DNA of 39,681 bases from Rhodospirillaceae bacterium (GTDB lineage Bacteria; Pseudomonadota; Alphaproteobacteria; Rhodospirillales; Casp-alpha2). The position numbers were made by a program, and so were the translations under genes. Below are positions 1-8,912 of this stretch, in pieces. The notes beneath the pieces were generated by a model that ran no database searches, was not told where the DNA came from, and worked only from the letters and a program-made list of their open reading frames with translations. The stretch lies in the NCBI GenBank assembly GCA_038152725.1, contig JAYOXJ010000001.1, positions 1-39,681 on the forward strand. Direction: 5' to 3'. Each line of letters starts with the position of its first letter. The stretch's first letter is position 1.

Positions 1-9
1 TGATTTAAG

Positions 10-507
10 TTAGGGAATTATATCAAACACGGTGCTGTTATAGGGGGGAGGGACATCGACGGCGAAGCCCTCGCCGCCGACCAGGCCAGCGTCCATGCAA
101 CGCCGCACCACGCTCTCGAAGACGCGGCGGAACACGTCGCTCTCGTGGAACCGGCCCAGCCGGTTGACCGAGAACGTCGAGTGATCCGGAACTCGGTCCT
201 CGATTCCCAGTCGGCAAAACCAGCGATAGGCCAAGTTCAGCCGCACCTCATCGCAGAGACGACGTTCCGAGCGGATCGAGAAGCAGTAGCCGATCACCAA
301 CATCCGGACCATCAGCTCTGGACAGACCGACGGGCGCCCTGTGTGGCTGTAGAAGGGCCTGAGCTCACGGCGCAGCCAATCGAGATCGAGTACCGCGTCA
401 ATCCGACGCAACAGATGATCTCCCGGCACCACCTCATCCAGATCGAATTCGTAAAACAGGCGGTCCTGAATGCCTTGCCGCGTTCCCAACATGCTTCGGC
501 CCTCCAC
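10..507 (-). pseudogene. IS5/IS1182-family (InsH N-terminal, DUF772-type) transposase, 5' fragment only
   Basis: The translation carries the DUF772-like block LLRRIDAVLDLDWLRRELRPFYSHTGRPSVCPELMVRMLVIGYCFSIRSERRLCDEV..AYRWFCRL..VPDHSTFS.NR. Recognisable similarity ends after GGEGFAVD (about nt 55-60), and the frame then runs into unrelated AT-rich DNA and stops. Full-length relatives are much longer and carry a DDE domain that is absent here. Confidence 0.7.
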
Positions 508-689
508 AAATCAACGTGAAAACCGAATCACGATCCCAAAACCAGATCAACTAAGAGTTTTTCAACAGCCTCAGCCATTAGCAGAACAACTTGCGATATC
601 TTCGGTGACTGATACCGGCTATATTTCCCTGCAAAAGTGCGGCTTTTCGACGGGGATTGGTTTTTTTATTTGCGAGTGCTGTAGTCCGA

Positions 690-2027
690 ATGAAGTTGGA
701 TCCTTCAATTTTTCATCCTGATTACAAGCCGGAACCCTACTGGTGGGAACTGGCGCGGCCTGGAACGTATTTTGCGGGTGATTTGCCTACGGCGACCGAG
801 GTTCTCGTCATCGGCAGCGGTTATGCAGGTCTTAGCGCAGCGCTTGAACTGGCGCGGAACGGGCGCACCGTTGCCGTCCTCGATGCTCAGGCATTTGGCG
901 AGGGCGCAAGTAGTCGAAGCGGCGGCGGGATCAGTGCCGGGACCAATTTGGGAAAGGGAATTGCGGGCGGACCGGGTCAGGAAAAGTTGGCAAGCGAACA
1001 AACCGCGTTGTTGGAAAAGCTTCTCGCCGAAAGTTTGGCCGCGTTCGAGTTTCTCCTGCATCTGATCGAACGCGAAAGAATCGATTGTAAGCTCGAAATT
1101 AACGGCCGATTTGTCGGTGCCTATTCAAAAGCGCATTTCGATGGATTGAGAAAGAAGGCGGAACAGCTGAACCGTCTTTTAAATGTCCGTGCCGAATTGG
1201 TAACGCCGGCCGAACAACGAGCGGAAATTGCCAGTGATTTCTATTTCGGCGGCATGACCATTGAGCGTGCAGGAAAGCTGCATCCATCGCTCTTGCATAA
1301 AGGTATGCTGGAGAGTTGTCACAATGCCGGTGTCACGCTGTGCGCCAACGCCGAAGTTCTCAAAATTGTCGGCTCTAAGGGTAACTTCCGCCTCGATACG
1401 GCGCTCGGCCCTTGTCGTGCCGAACAGATCGTAATCGCCACCAACGGTTACACTGGTGACCTGACTCCGAATTTGCGAAAGCGCCTTGTGCCGATCAGAA
1501 GCCAGATCATTGCAACCGAGGAACTGCCCTCGGACCTGACCCGGATGTTAATGCCAAGAGGCCGAACCATTTCCGAGACCGCACGGATCACCTGCTATTA
1601 TCGTTTATTGCCGGGCGACCGACGCGTGATGTTTGGGGGGCGGGCAAGGTTTCACGACATTCCGGCCGACCGAAGCGCGATACTGCTTCACGACATGATG
1701 ACGGAGCGTCTGCCTCAACTGAAGGGCTGTCGTATTATGCATTCCTGGTCTGGGCTTGTCGCGATGACCCACGATTCACTCGCCCACATGGGAGAAATCG
1801 ATGGCTACCACTATTGCGCCGGCTGCAATGGAAGCGGGATCGCCATGATGACCTACCTGGGCTATCAGGTGGCGAGGAAGATCATCCAGAACGGACATTC
1901 CGATTGCGCATTCGACGCTTTGGATTTTCCAAGAATCCCGGTTCCGTTTTACCGGGGCGAACCCTGGTTCCTACCGATCGTCGGCGAGTATTTCCGCCAC
2001 CTCGACCGGCGAGATCGCCGGGCCTAG
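690..2027 (+). CDS. FAD-dependent oxidoreductase, DAO family (PuuB/OrdL gamma-glutamyl-amine oxidase-like)
   Basis: N-terminus PEPYWWE...VLVIGSGYAGLSAALELARNGRTVAVLDAQAFGEGASSRSGG shows a Rossmann GxGxxG followed by GASxRxGG. This is typical of PuuB/OrdL-type DAO enzymes. Length is about 445 aa from the ATG at 690; the ORF track opens at a TTG at 657. No strong SD is visible. Confidence 0.8.
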   Translation: MKLDPSIFHPDYKPEPYWWELARPGTYFAGDLPTATEVLVIGSGYAGLSAALELARNGRTVAVLDAQAFGEGASSRSGGGISAGTNLGKGIAGGPGQEKLASEQTALLEKLLAESLAAFEFLLHLIERERIDCKLEINGRFVGAYSKAHFDGLRKKAEQLNRLLNVRAELVTPAEQRAEIASDFYFGGMTIERAGKLHPSLLHKGMLESCHNAGVTLCANAEVLKIVGSKGNFRLDTALGPCRAEQIVIATNGYTGDLTPNLRKRLVPIRSQIIATEELPSDLTRMLMPRGRTISETARITCYYRLLPGDRRVMFGGRARFHDIPADRSAILLHDMMTERLPQLKGCRIMHSWSGLVAMTHDSLAHMGEIDGYHYCAGCNGSGIAMMTYLGYQVARKIIQNGHSDCAFDALDFPRIPVPFYRGEPWFLPIVGEYFRHLDRRDRRA

Positions 2028-2971
2028 CCCCCTGGGCGTTGTGTCCCGGAGGGCAACACAGACGCGATATCGGCGAGCACCGCATCGAGTTCATTGCGCA
2101 GTTCCGCGACGAACGCACGGGCAAGCCGAGACAACGGTTTGTGGGTCGGTGTCAGGATCGCGAACGGATAGGGAACGACCGGTCGGATCGGCACGAAGGC
2201 AATCGCGGTGGGGTTCTGATGAGTATTTTTGTAGATCCAAGCGCTCAACGGGCTGAACACGCCGTAGGCAATTCCGTTGGCGACCAGGCTGTATTGAGCC
2301 GCCGCATTTTGAAATTCGAACTGGTTGTTTAATCTCGCTCCCGCTTCGGCAAATATCTCTTTCATTCGGCGGGCGATGAAATGTTCCGGACGGTAGGTGC
2401 AGCAAGGCTCGCCATCGAGGTCCTCCGGTGTGACATATTGCCTTCCGGCTAGTGGCGAACTGGCTGGCAGCGCGCAAATGCAATCAACCTCTATCGGTTC
2501 CGCATTGACGAGGTCGGAGCCCAGGCTTTTTTCCGCTAGGCCGACATCGAACTGCTGAGAAGCGACGTGTTCATAGACCTCTGGAGAACTCGCCGAGAAC
2601 ACTAGAAATCGAGTGTTCGGATAGGTGCCAACGAAGCGCGATATCAGTCGCGGCATGAAGAACTCGGCCAGTATTGGCATCGACACGATGTGAAGTTGAT
2701 CGGCGACCAACCCCTCGGAGCTCTTCATGGACCGCTCAAGGGCGCCGATCTTACGCAAAATCTCGACGGATTCTGCCAACAAGTAATGCGCTTCCGGCAC
2801 CGGATGCAATCGCCCGTTCTTGCGTTCGAACAATGCGTATCCGATATCCCGTTCGAGGCCGGCGATGCAGGCGCTGATCGCCGGTTGCGTCCGGCCCAGG
2901 TTGCGCGCCGCCTTGGTCACCGAGTTCGTTCGCATCACCTCGCGAAAAACTTCCAGATGCCGGAGATTCAC
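2024..2971 (-). CDS. LysR-family transcriptional regulator
   Basis: N-terminal wHTH MNLRHLEVFREVMRTNSVTKAARNLGRTQPAISACIAGLERDIGYALFERKNGRL followed by a LysR substrate-binding-type C-terminal domain. Length is 315 aa. It is divergent from the TAXI-TRAP operon. Confidence 0.9.
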   Translation of the reverse strand: MNLRHLEVFREVMRTNSVTKAARNLGRTQPAISACIAGLERDIGYALFERKNGRLHPVPEAHYLLAESVEILRKIGALERSMKSSEGLVADQLHIVSMPILAEFFMPRLISRFVGTYPNTRFLVFSASSPEVYEHVASQQFDVGLAEKSLGSDLVNAEPIEVDCICALPASSPLAGRQYVTPEDLDGEPCCTYRPEHFIARRMKEIFAEAGARLNNQFEFQNAAAQYSLVANGIAYGVFSPLSAWIYKNTHQNPTAIAFVPIRPVVPYPFAILTPTHKPLSRLARAFVAELRNELDAVLADIASVLPSGTQRPGG

Positions 2972-2997
2972 GTGGGCGGGCCTCCGCGATTAAAGGC

Positions 2998-3012
2998 ATA
3001 AAATAATTTTAT
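2998..3012. promoter_or_regulatory. Perfect AT palindrome ATAAAAT-A-ATTTTAT containing a T-N11-A LysR-type box
   Basis: The sequence ataaaataattttat is its own reverse complement, and T2999-N11-A3011 fits the generic LysR box. It lies 27 nt upstream of the lysR-family start in the divergent intergenic region. Confidence 0.4.
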
Positions 3013-3183
3013 AGATATAAAATAAATAATAATTTGAATCAATGAACTGTCTGACGGAACATGAATGCCAGTGGGGAGGAGGCGTGTACGAAACGCGATA
3101 CCTCGGCGGATTTCTCTTTGTTCGTCGCGATGCGACATCTGGTCGCACACTCGGTTTCGCCGGGCCTCACGATCTGAAGAACG

Positions 3184-3225
3184 CTTCGGCGAAACGCATC
3201 ACGCTCAACGTGCGTTCCGCCGAGG
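3184..3225 (+). promoter_or_regulatory. Strong stem-loop in the roughly 260-nt leader of the TAXI gene, with a competing upstream pairing partner
   Basis: Segment 3184-3198 pairs with 3211-3225: 15 positions with 1 mismatch and 1 G-U, and a 12-nt loop. The 3' arm segment 3217-3225 (ccgccgagg) is also perfectly complementary to 3101-3109 (cctcggcgg). No U-tract follows, and the SD (aggagg, about 3261-3266) is not included in the structure. Confidence 0.35.
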
Positions 3226-3272
3226 TTTGAGAGTGAAGTTGGAATGTAAAATCCACGCAGAGGAGGAATAGC

Positions 3273-4268
3273 ATGAAGTTTCGTACCAAACTTTTGACGG
3301 CGGTGGTGGCCGGGTTCGTCACCCTCGGCAGCGCCGCGCATGCCCAGGAGATGAAATTCTGGCGCATCGGAACCGGCGGTGCCGGCGGAACCTATTTTCC
3401 GATCGGCGGCCTGATCGCCAACGCAATCTCCAACCCGCCGGGTTCGCGGCCCTGTGACAAGGGCGGCTCCTGTGGCGTCCCCGGCTTGGTCGCCATCGCA
3501 GTTTCGACCAACGCCTCGGTGGCCAACGTCAACGCCATCCAGGCGGGCCAGCTCGACTCCGGTCTCGCCGGTGCGCAAAGCGTGACCCAGGGCTACAACG
3601 GCGAAGGAAAATTCGTCGGCAACAAGAAGGACAAGCTACGCGTCATCGCCAACCTCTTCCCGGAAGACATGCACCTGGTGCTGCAGAAGGGATCCAAGCT
3701 CGGCAGCTTGAAGGATCTGAACGGCAAAAAAGTCGGCGTCGCCGCTGCCGGTTCCGGAACCCAGGTTTCGGTACGCATGATCCTCAAGCACTACGGCATC
3801 AAAGCCGACGAGCAAGAGCTGAACCTTGGCCAGAGCGTGCAGCGTCTGGCCGACGGTCAGATCGACGCCTTCTTCTATGCTGGTGGCTGGCCGTTCGCGG
3901 CGCTGATCCAATTGGGGGCCACCAAGGGCTTCGATCTCTACAAGTTCTCCGATTCTGAGATCAAGGCGATCAACAAGATCATTCCGTATTACGTGCCCTC
4001 CAAAATCCCGGCCGGCGGTTACGAAAACATCAAATACGATGTGCCGACCGTCGCCGTGAATGCTCAATTGGTGACCAGCGCAGATCAGCCCGCCGATCTG
4101 ATTTACGGCATCACCAAGGCGCTGTGGAACAAGAAGACCCGCAGCCTGCTCGACAAGGGGCATGCCAAGGGCAAGCAGATCCGGATCGAGACGGCACTCA
4201 CGGGTTTGTTGATCCCGCTGCATCCGGGCGCGGCGAAATATTACAAAGAAGCCGGCTTGATCAAGTAG
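3273..4268 (+). CDS. TRAP transporter solute-binding protein, TAXI family
   Basis: Signal peptide MKFRTKLLTAVVAGFVTLGSAAHA followed by the TAXI hallmark IGTGGAGGTYFPIGGLIANAI. Length is 331 aa. An SD (aggagg) lies upstream, and a fused TRAP permease follows. Confidence 0.9.
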   Translation: MKFRTKLLTAVVAGFVTLGSAAHAQEMKFWRIGTGGAGGTYFPIGGLIANAISNPPGSRPCDKGGSCGVPGLVAIAVSTNASVANVNAIQAGQLDSGLAGAQSVTQGYNGEGKFVGNKKDKLRVIANLFPEDMHLVLQKGSKLGSLKDLNGKKVGVAAAGSGTQVSVRMILKHYGIKADEQELNLGQSVQRLADGQIDAFFYAGGWPFAALIQLGATKGFDLYKFSDSEIKAINKIIPYYVPSKIPAGGYENIKYDVPTVAVNAQLVTSADQPADLIYGITKALWNKKTRSLLDKGHAKGKQIRIETALTGLLIPLHPGAAKYYKEAGLIK

Positions 4269-4280
4269 CCATGCCTAACC

Positions 4281-4312
4281 GATCGGGGCGGGGCTTCGGC
4301 CCCGCCCCGATC
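4281..4312 (+). promoter_or_regulatory. Perfect 14-bp GC-rich intercistronic hairpin (TTCG loop) between the binding-protein and permease genes
   Basis: gatcggggcggggc-ttcg-gccccgccccgatc. It starts 13 nt after the TAXI stop and is not followed by a T-tract. This position is typical of an mRNA-stabilising or partial-terminator element that raises binding-protein to permease stoichiometry. Confidence 0.6.
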
Positions 4313-4364
4313 GCACCCGCGCGAATTGATCCGACGAACCCGAACCGCAGGCACGGAGGCGGCC

Positions 4365-6458
4365 ATGGTCGAGTACGACATCAAAAAAGCCGAGGAACTG
4401 GAACAGAAATACGATGCCGCGCTTCATACGCGTGCCATCGGCCCCAGGTTGATCCAGTTCACCTTCGTCTTCTCCATCATCTTCGCGGCCTATCACTACA
4501 TTACCGCCGGCATCGGCGTACCCGTGGACTATTGGCACATGGGTATTCATATGTCCGGCGTCATCATTCTCGTCTTCATCGGCTACCCGATGATCAAGGG
4601 CGATCACGCCTGGGAAATGCACCCGAACACCTGGTGGCGTCTCGCTAACGTACCGCTATGGGACTGGCTGCTGATCTTGGCGGGCGTATCCGCCTCTCTA
4701 TACATAGGCGTCACCTGGTACGAGATTGATTTCAGCTTCCTTGGCCATCATTTCAAATTGCCGGAGCAGGTGCTCCGCCAAGGCAACCCTTTTCCCATCG
4801 ACGTCGTATTCGGGACGGTCCTGATTGTCGTATTGCTCGAGGCGGTTCGGCGCACACTCGGCATCGTCGTGCCAATCATCATCATATGTTTCACGATCTT
4901 CGCCGTGTTCGGGAAATACATGCCTTTCCAGGTGCTGATGCACCCGGGTATCAATTGGGCGCAATACATCAACAACATGTACTTTCCCGCCGAGGGCATC
5001 TATGGCGTCACGTTGTGGATCGTATCGACGGTCGTATTCCAGTTCGTGCTGTTCGGCGTGCTCGCCCAACGCATGGGGCTAGGACAATTCTTCGTCGACA
5101 TCGCGACCGTGCTGGCGGGCCGCTATGTCGGCGGGCAGGCGAAAGTAAGCGTCGTCTCGTCGGCGTTCTTCGGTACGATTTCGGGCTCGTCGATCGCCAA
5201 TACCGTGTCGACCGGCTCACTCACCATCCCGAACATGAAGCGGATGGGGTATCCGCCCCATCTGGCGGGCGCAGTCGAGGCTGCATCCAGCGCCGGGGGC
5301 CAGATCACCCCTCCGATCATGGGGGCCGCCGCGTTCGTCATGGCCGAATTCCTGGAGGTTCCCTACACCACCGTCGTAATTGCCGCAATCGTGCCGGCTG
5401 CGATGCATTTCATCGCGGTCCTGGCAATTGTCCACTTTCAGGCGAAACGGCTTGGTCTCAAGGGGGTTCCGAAAGAGGAGATTCCCGCCGTTTGGAAGGT
5501 TCTCAAAAAGGGCTGGCCGACGGCAGTGCCGCTGGTGGTTCTGATCTACGTGCTGTTCAGCGGATATTCGCCGAACATGGCGGCGTTCTGGGGCATTACG
5601 GCGGCCGTATCCGTCGGATTCCTGAACCCGATGCACCGCATTTCGCTACGCGACATATTTGAAGGTTGCGCGATGGGTGTGAAATACGCATTGGCCGTGG
5701 GCGCGGTTTGTGCGGCGATCGGCATTGTCGTCGGCGTCGTCAACAGCACCGGCCTTGGCTTCCGGCTCGGCTTCATGGTTACCAACAGCGCCACGACCAT
5801 GGCCGAGAACCTGTTGTCGCTGTTTTCGTGGATTCCGTTCCTGCACCTCGAACTTCAGTCTCTCACGCTGTTCCTGTCGCTGGTACTGATCGCAGTCACC
5901 TGCATCCTCATGGGTGCGGGTTTGCCGACCACCGCCCTCTACATCATGCTCGCCACCGTCGCGCAACCGGCGCTCGGCAAGCTCGGCGTGCCGCCGCTCG
6001 CCTCGCATCTCTTCGTGCTGTACTACGGCGTGATCTCGGAAATCACGCCGCCGGTCTGCGCGTCCGCCTATGCCGCGGCCGGTATCGCCGGCGCCAATCC
6101 GTTTAGGACCGGTGTCACCGCCTTCACGCTTGGTATTGGCAAGTTGATCGTGCCCATGGTGTTCGTCTATTCGCCGGCCATGCTGATCGTGCTGCCGGAG
6201 TATTTCACTTGGGGCGCGTTTTTGGAGACCTCCGTGACCTGCGGGTTCGGTGTCTTCATGCTGGCGATCGCGGTCAGCGGTTACTGCATCGCGCCCATGC
6301 CGGTACTGTTTCGTACCCTGGCCACTTTTGCAGGCCTACTCATGGTCGCACCAGGCCTAAAAACGGATCTATGGGCATTGGCCTTATTAACGCCGATCGT
6401 GCTGCAGCAGGTCATCGGCCGTCGGCGGGTGCAGGCCGCCGAAGCCGGCGCAACCTGA
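4365..6458 (+). CDS. TRAP transporter fused permease (TAXI-associated 4TM/12TM fusion)
   Basis: About 697 aa and very hydrophobic throughout, with many predicted TM helices. It has DctM-like blocks (GGQAKVSVVSSAFFGTISGSSIANTVSTGSLTIPNMKRMGY; SSAGGQITPPIMGAAAF). A GGAGG sits 6 nt upstream of the ATG at 4365. Confidence 0.9.
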   Translation: MVEYDIKKAEELEQKYDAALHTRAIGPRLIQFTFVFSIIFAAYHYITAGIGVPVDYWHMGIHMSGVIILVFIGYPMIKGDHAWEMHPNTWWRLANVPLWDWLLILAGVSASLYIGVTWYEIDFSFLGHHFKLPEQVLRQGNPFPIDVVFGTVLIVVLLEAVRRTLGIVVPIIIICFTIFAVFGKYMPFQVLMHPGINWAQYINNMYFPAEGIYGVTLWIVSTVVFQFVLFGVLAQRMGLGQFFVDIATVLAGRYVGGQAKVSVVSSAFFGTISGSSIANTVSTGSLTIPNMKRMGYPPHLAGAVEAASSAGGQITPPIMGAAAFVMAEFLEVPYTTVVIAAIVPAAMHFIAVLAIVHFQAKRLGLKGVPKEEIPAVWKVLKKGWPTAVPLVVLIYVLFSGYSPNMAAFWGITAAVSVGFLNPMHRISLRDIFEGCAMGVKYALAVGAVCAAIGIVVGVVNSTGLGFRLGFMVTNSATTMAENLLSLFSWIPFLHLELQSLTLFLSLVLIAVTCILMGAGLPTTALYIMLATVAQPALGKLGVPPLASHLFVLYYGVISEITPPVCASAYAAAGIAGANPFRTGVTAFTLGIGKLIVPMVFVYSPAMLIVLPEYFTWGAFLETSVTCGFGVFMLAIAVSGYCIAPMPVLFRTLATFAGLLMVAPGLKTDLWALALLTPIVLQQVIGRRRVQAAEAGAT

Positions 6459-6570
6459 TCGACAGGTCCGTCGGATGTCCGCCTTCTGTCCGGTCGGTAT
6501 ACGTATCGAGACGATCGTCGGGCATGGGCCAACGGAAGACCGTGCGAAAAATTGGGTCGGAGTGTGAGTC

Positions 6571-7812
6571 TTGGGTGAACGGGTCGCTGTAGTTGGGGCA
6601 GGAATCGTCGGCATTTGCACGGCGCTTTCGTTGTTGGAGAAGGGTTTCGCCGTCGAACTGATCGACCGCGATCCCCCGGCCGAAGGTGCGAGCCACGGCA
6701 ATGCCGGCGTAATATCGCCTTGGACCTGCGTTCCGCAGTCCATGCCGGGGCTATGGAAGAATGTTCCGAAATGGCTGGTCGACCCGGAAGGACCGCTCAC
6801 CGTGAGATGGCGTTACTTCCCCCGGTTTTTGCCCTGGGCCCTCAAATTCTTGCGTGCTGCCGACCCGGCCGGCCTTTCGCCCATTGCCGACGCCATGTTC
6901 GAACTCAATCGACCCAATGTCGATCTCTATCGTCGCCATCTGGACGGCACCGGCCATGAAAATCTGGTTGTCGACTCGTATTACGTTCACGCCTTTCGCG
7001 AGCCCGCCAACGCTGATCTAAAACAATTGGCTTGGCGCCTGCGAGAAGAGCGAGGCGTTCCGTTGGAAGTGGTGGACTCAGGCCCGTTGCACGAAATTGA
7101 GCCGGCGCTTTCCTCCGCATACAAGGCAGCGATCCTGATGAAGGATCAGGGCCGTGCGCTGGATCCGGGAGCCGTCGGCAAAGCATTGTGTGCGAAGGCG
7201 CTCGCAATGGGCGCGACCGAACGTCGTGCAGCCGTGCAAGCCGTCCATCCGGCGACGAATGGCGGTTGGGTGGTGATCACCGATGCTGGCGATGTAACCG
7301 CCGACAAGGTGGTGATTGCCGCCGGCGTTTGGTCGGCTCAGCTCTTGGTGCCCCTTGGGTTCGAAATACCCTTGGAGGCCGAACGCGGCTATCACATGAT
7401 TTTCCGCGAACCCGGCATCACTCTGAACAATTCGATCATGGATACCGAGGGCAAGTTCGTCGCTAGTTCCATGAACGCCGGCGTGCGCTGCGCGGGTACG
7501 GCTGAATTCGCCGGCATCGATGCCGCCCCGAATTATCGACGCTCGCAGGTGTTCGTTCGGCTCGCCAAACGCTTGTTTCCGGATATCAACACCGAAGACC
7601 AGGTGGAATGGATGGGCCGCCGGCCGTCGTTTCCCGACAGCCTGCCGTGTCTGGGAGAAATCCCAGGCTATCGCGGCCTCTACGCCGCATTCGGACACAG
7701 TCACTACGGCTTCGGCATGGCGCCGAACACTGGGCGCGTCGTCGCCGAACTCGTCAGCGGCGGCAAACCCAACATCCCCATGGAACCCTACAGCATCACT
7801 CGGTTTAAATGA
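6571..7812 (+). CDS. FAD-dependent oxidoreductase, D-amino-acid dehydrogenase (DadA)-like
   Basis: N-terminus (TTG start)GERVAVVGAGIVGICTALSLLEKGFAVELIDRD...ASHGNAG is DadA-like. Length is 413 aa. GGAG lies 8 nt upstream of the TTG start. The stop overlaps the next start (AAATGA). Confidence 0.85.
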   Translation: MGERVAVVGAGIVGICTALSLLEKGFAVELIDRDPPAEGASHGNAGVISPWTCVPQSMPGLWKNVPKWLVDPEGPLTVRWRYFPRFLPWALKFLRAADPAGLSPIADAMFELNRPNVDLYRRHLDGTGHENLVVDSYYVHAFREPANADLKQLAWRLREERGVPLEVVDSGPLHEIEPALSSAYKAAILMKDQGRALDPGAVGKALCAKALAMGATERRAAVQAVHPATNGGWVVITDAGDVTADKVVIAAGVWSAQLLVPLGFEIPLEAERGYHMIFREPGITLNNSIMDTEGKFVASSMNAGVRCAGTAEFAGIDAAPNYRRSQVFVRLAKRLFPDINTEDQVEWMGRRPSFPDSLPCLGEIPGYRGLYAAFGHSHYGFGMAPNTGRVVAELVSGGKPNIPMEPYSITRFK

Positions 7813-8912
7813 CGACGTCCTTCGACGCCATTGTTGTCGGCGGCGGCCTGTTGGGTTCGGCTATCGGGTTCGGCTTGGCGCGCATCGGCTTGGCCACGGC
7901 GGTTCTCGATGAGGGCGACATCGCCTATCGAGCGGCGCGGGGCAATTTCGGCCTGGTCTGGGTACAGAGCAAAGGCATCGGAAAGCCCGTATACGCAAAC
8001 TGGACCATGCACTCGGCCGACCTGTGGCCCGAGTTGGCACTCGAACTCAGGGAGCGGACCGGTATCGACGTGATTCACAGTCGCAAAGGCGGCGTCCACA
8101 TCTGCCTGAGCGAGGCGGAGTTCGACGCCCGCGCCAAGCGCATGGCGACATTACAGGGCCACCAAGGCGACCGCTTTTCCTACGAGATGCTGGATCGCAA
8201 GGCCCTGCAAGGGTTGCTGCCTGGGCTTGGGCCCGAGGTGGTGGGCGGTTCCTACACCCCGCACGACGGCCACGCCAACCCGCTTTACCTGATGCACGCA
8301 CTGCAACAGGGGCTGGTCGGCCTCGGTGGACGCCTGATGCCGGGTTGCCGGGTGCAACGCATTGAACGGACGGGCGCTGCCTTCTGGGTCAGGACCGGGC
8401 GCGATACGCTCGTCGCCCCGCGCATCGTGCTCGCCGCTGGGCTCGGCAACCGCGAACTCGCACCGTTGGTCGGCCTCGATCAGCCGGTTCACCCGGTCAA
8501 AGGGCAAATTCTGGTCAGCGAGCGGGCTCGCCCGTTTCTCAATCTGCCGACAACGCACGTTCGCCAAACCGGCGAAGGCTCGGTTTTGATTGGCGACTCC
8601 CATGAGGATGTCGGCTTCGACGTGCGATCGACACCGAGAGTGGGTAAAACCATCGCCGACCGGGCGAGGCGGACATTCCCGTGTCTGTCGCGCGCACGGG
8701 TGGTTCGTACCTGGGCGGCGCTCCGGGTAATGACGCCAGACGGGCTGCCGATTTACGATCAGTCGGAAACCGCGCCCGGCGCTTTCGCCGCCTCCTGCCA
8801 TAGCGGTGTAACGCTGGCGGCTGCGCATGCGTTTCGGTTCGCGTCATACGTTTCGGAAGGTCGGCTTGGCGCGGAGATCGCCCCTCTTTCCGCTCGGAGG
8901 TTCGATGTTTAA
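7809..8912 (+). CDS. FAD-dependent oxidoreductase, DAO family (OoxB / opine or D-hydroxyproline dehydrogenase beta-subunit-like)
   Basis: FDAIVVGGGLLGSAIGFGLARIGLATAVLDEGD...RAARGNFG. Length is 367 aa. Its start overlaps the upstream stop, and its stop overlaps the start of the 2Fe-2S gene (ATGTTTAA). Confidence 0.85.
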   Translation: MTTSFDAIVVGGGLLGSAIGFGLARIGLATAVLDEGDIAYRAARGNFGLVWVQSKGIGKPVYANWTMHSADLWPELALELRERTGIDVIHSRKGGVHICLSEAEFDARAKRMATLQGHQGDRFSYEMLDRKALQGLLPGLGPEVVGGSYTPHDGHANPLYLMHALQQGLVGLGGRLMPGCRVQRIERTGAAFWVRTGRDTLVAPRIVLAAGLGNRELAPLVGLDQPVHPVKGQILVSERARPFLNLPTTHVRQTGEGSVLIGDSHEDVGFDVRSTPRVGKTIADRARRTFPCLSRARVVRTWAALRVMTPDGLPIYDQSETAPGAFAASCHSGVTLAAAHAFRFASYVSEGRLGAEIAPLSARRFDV

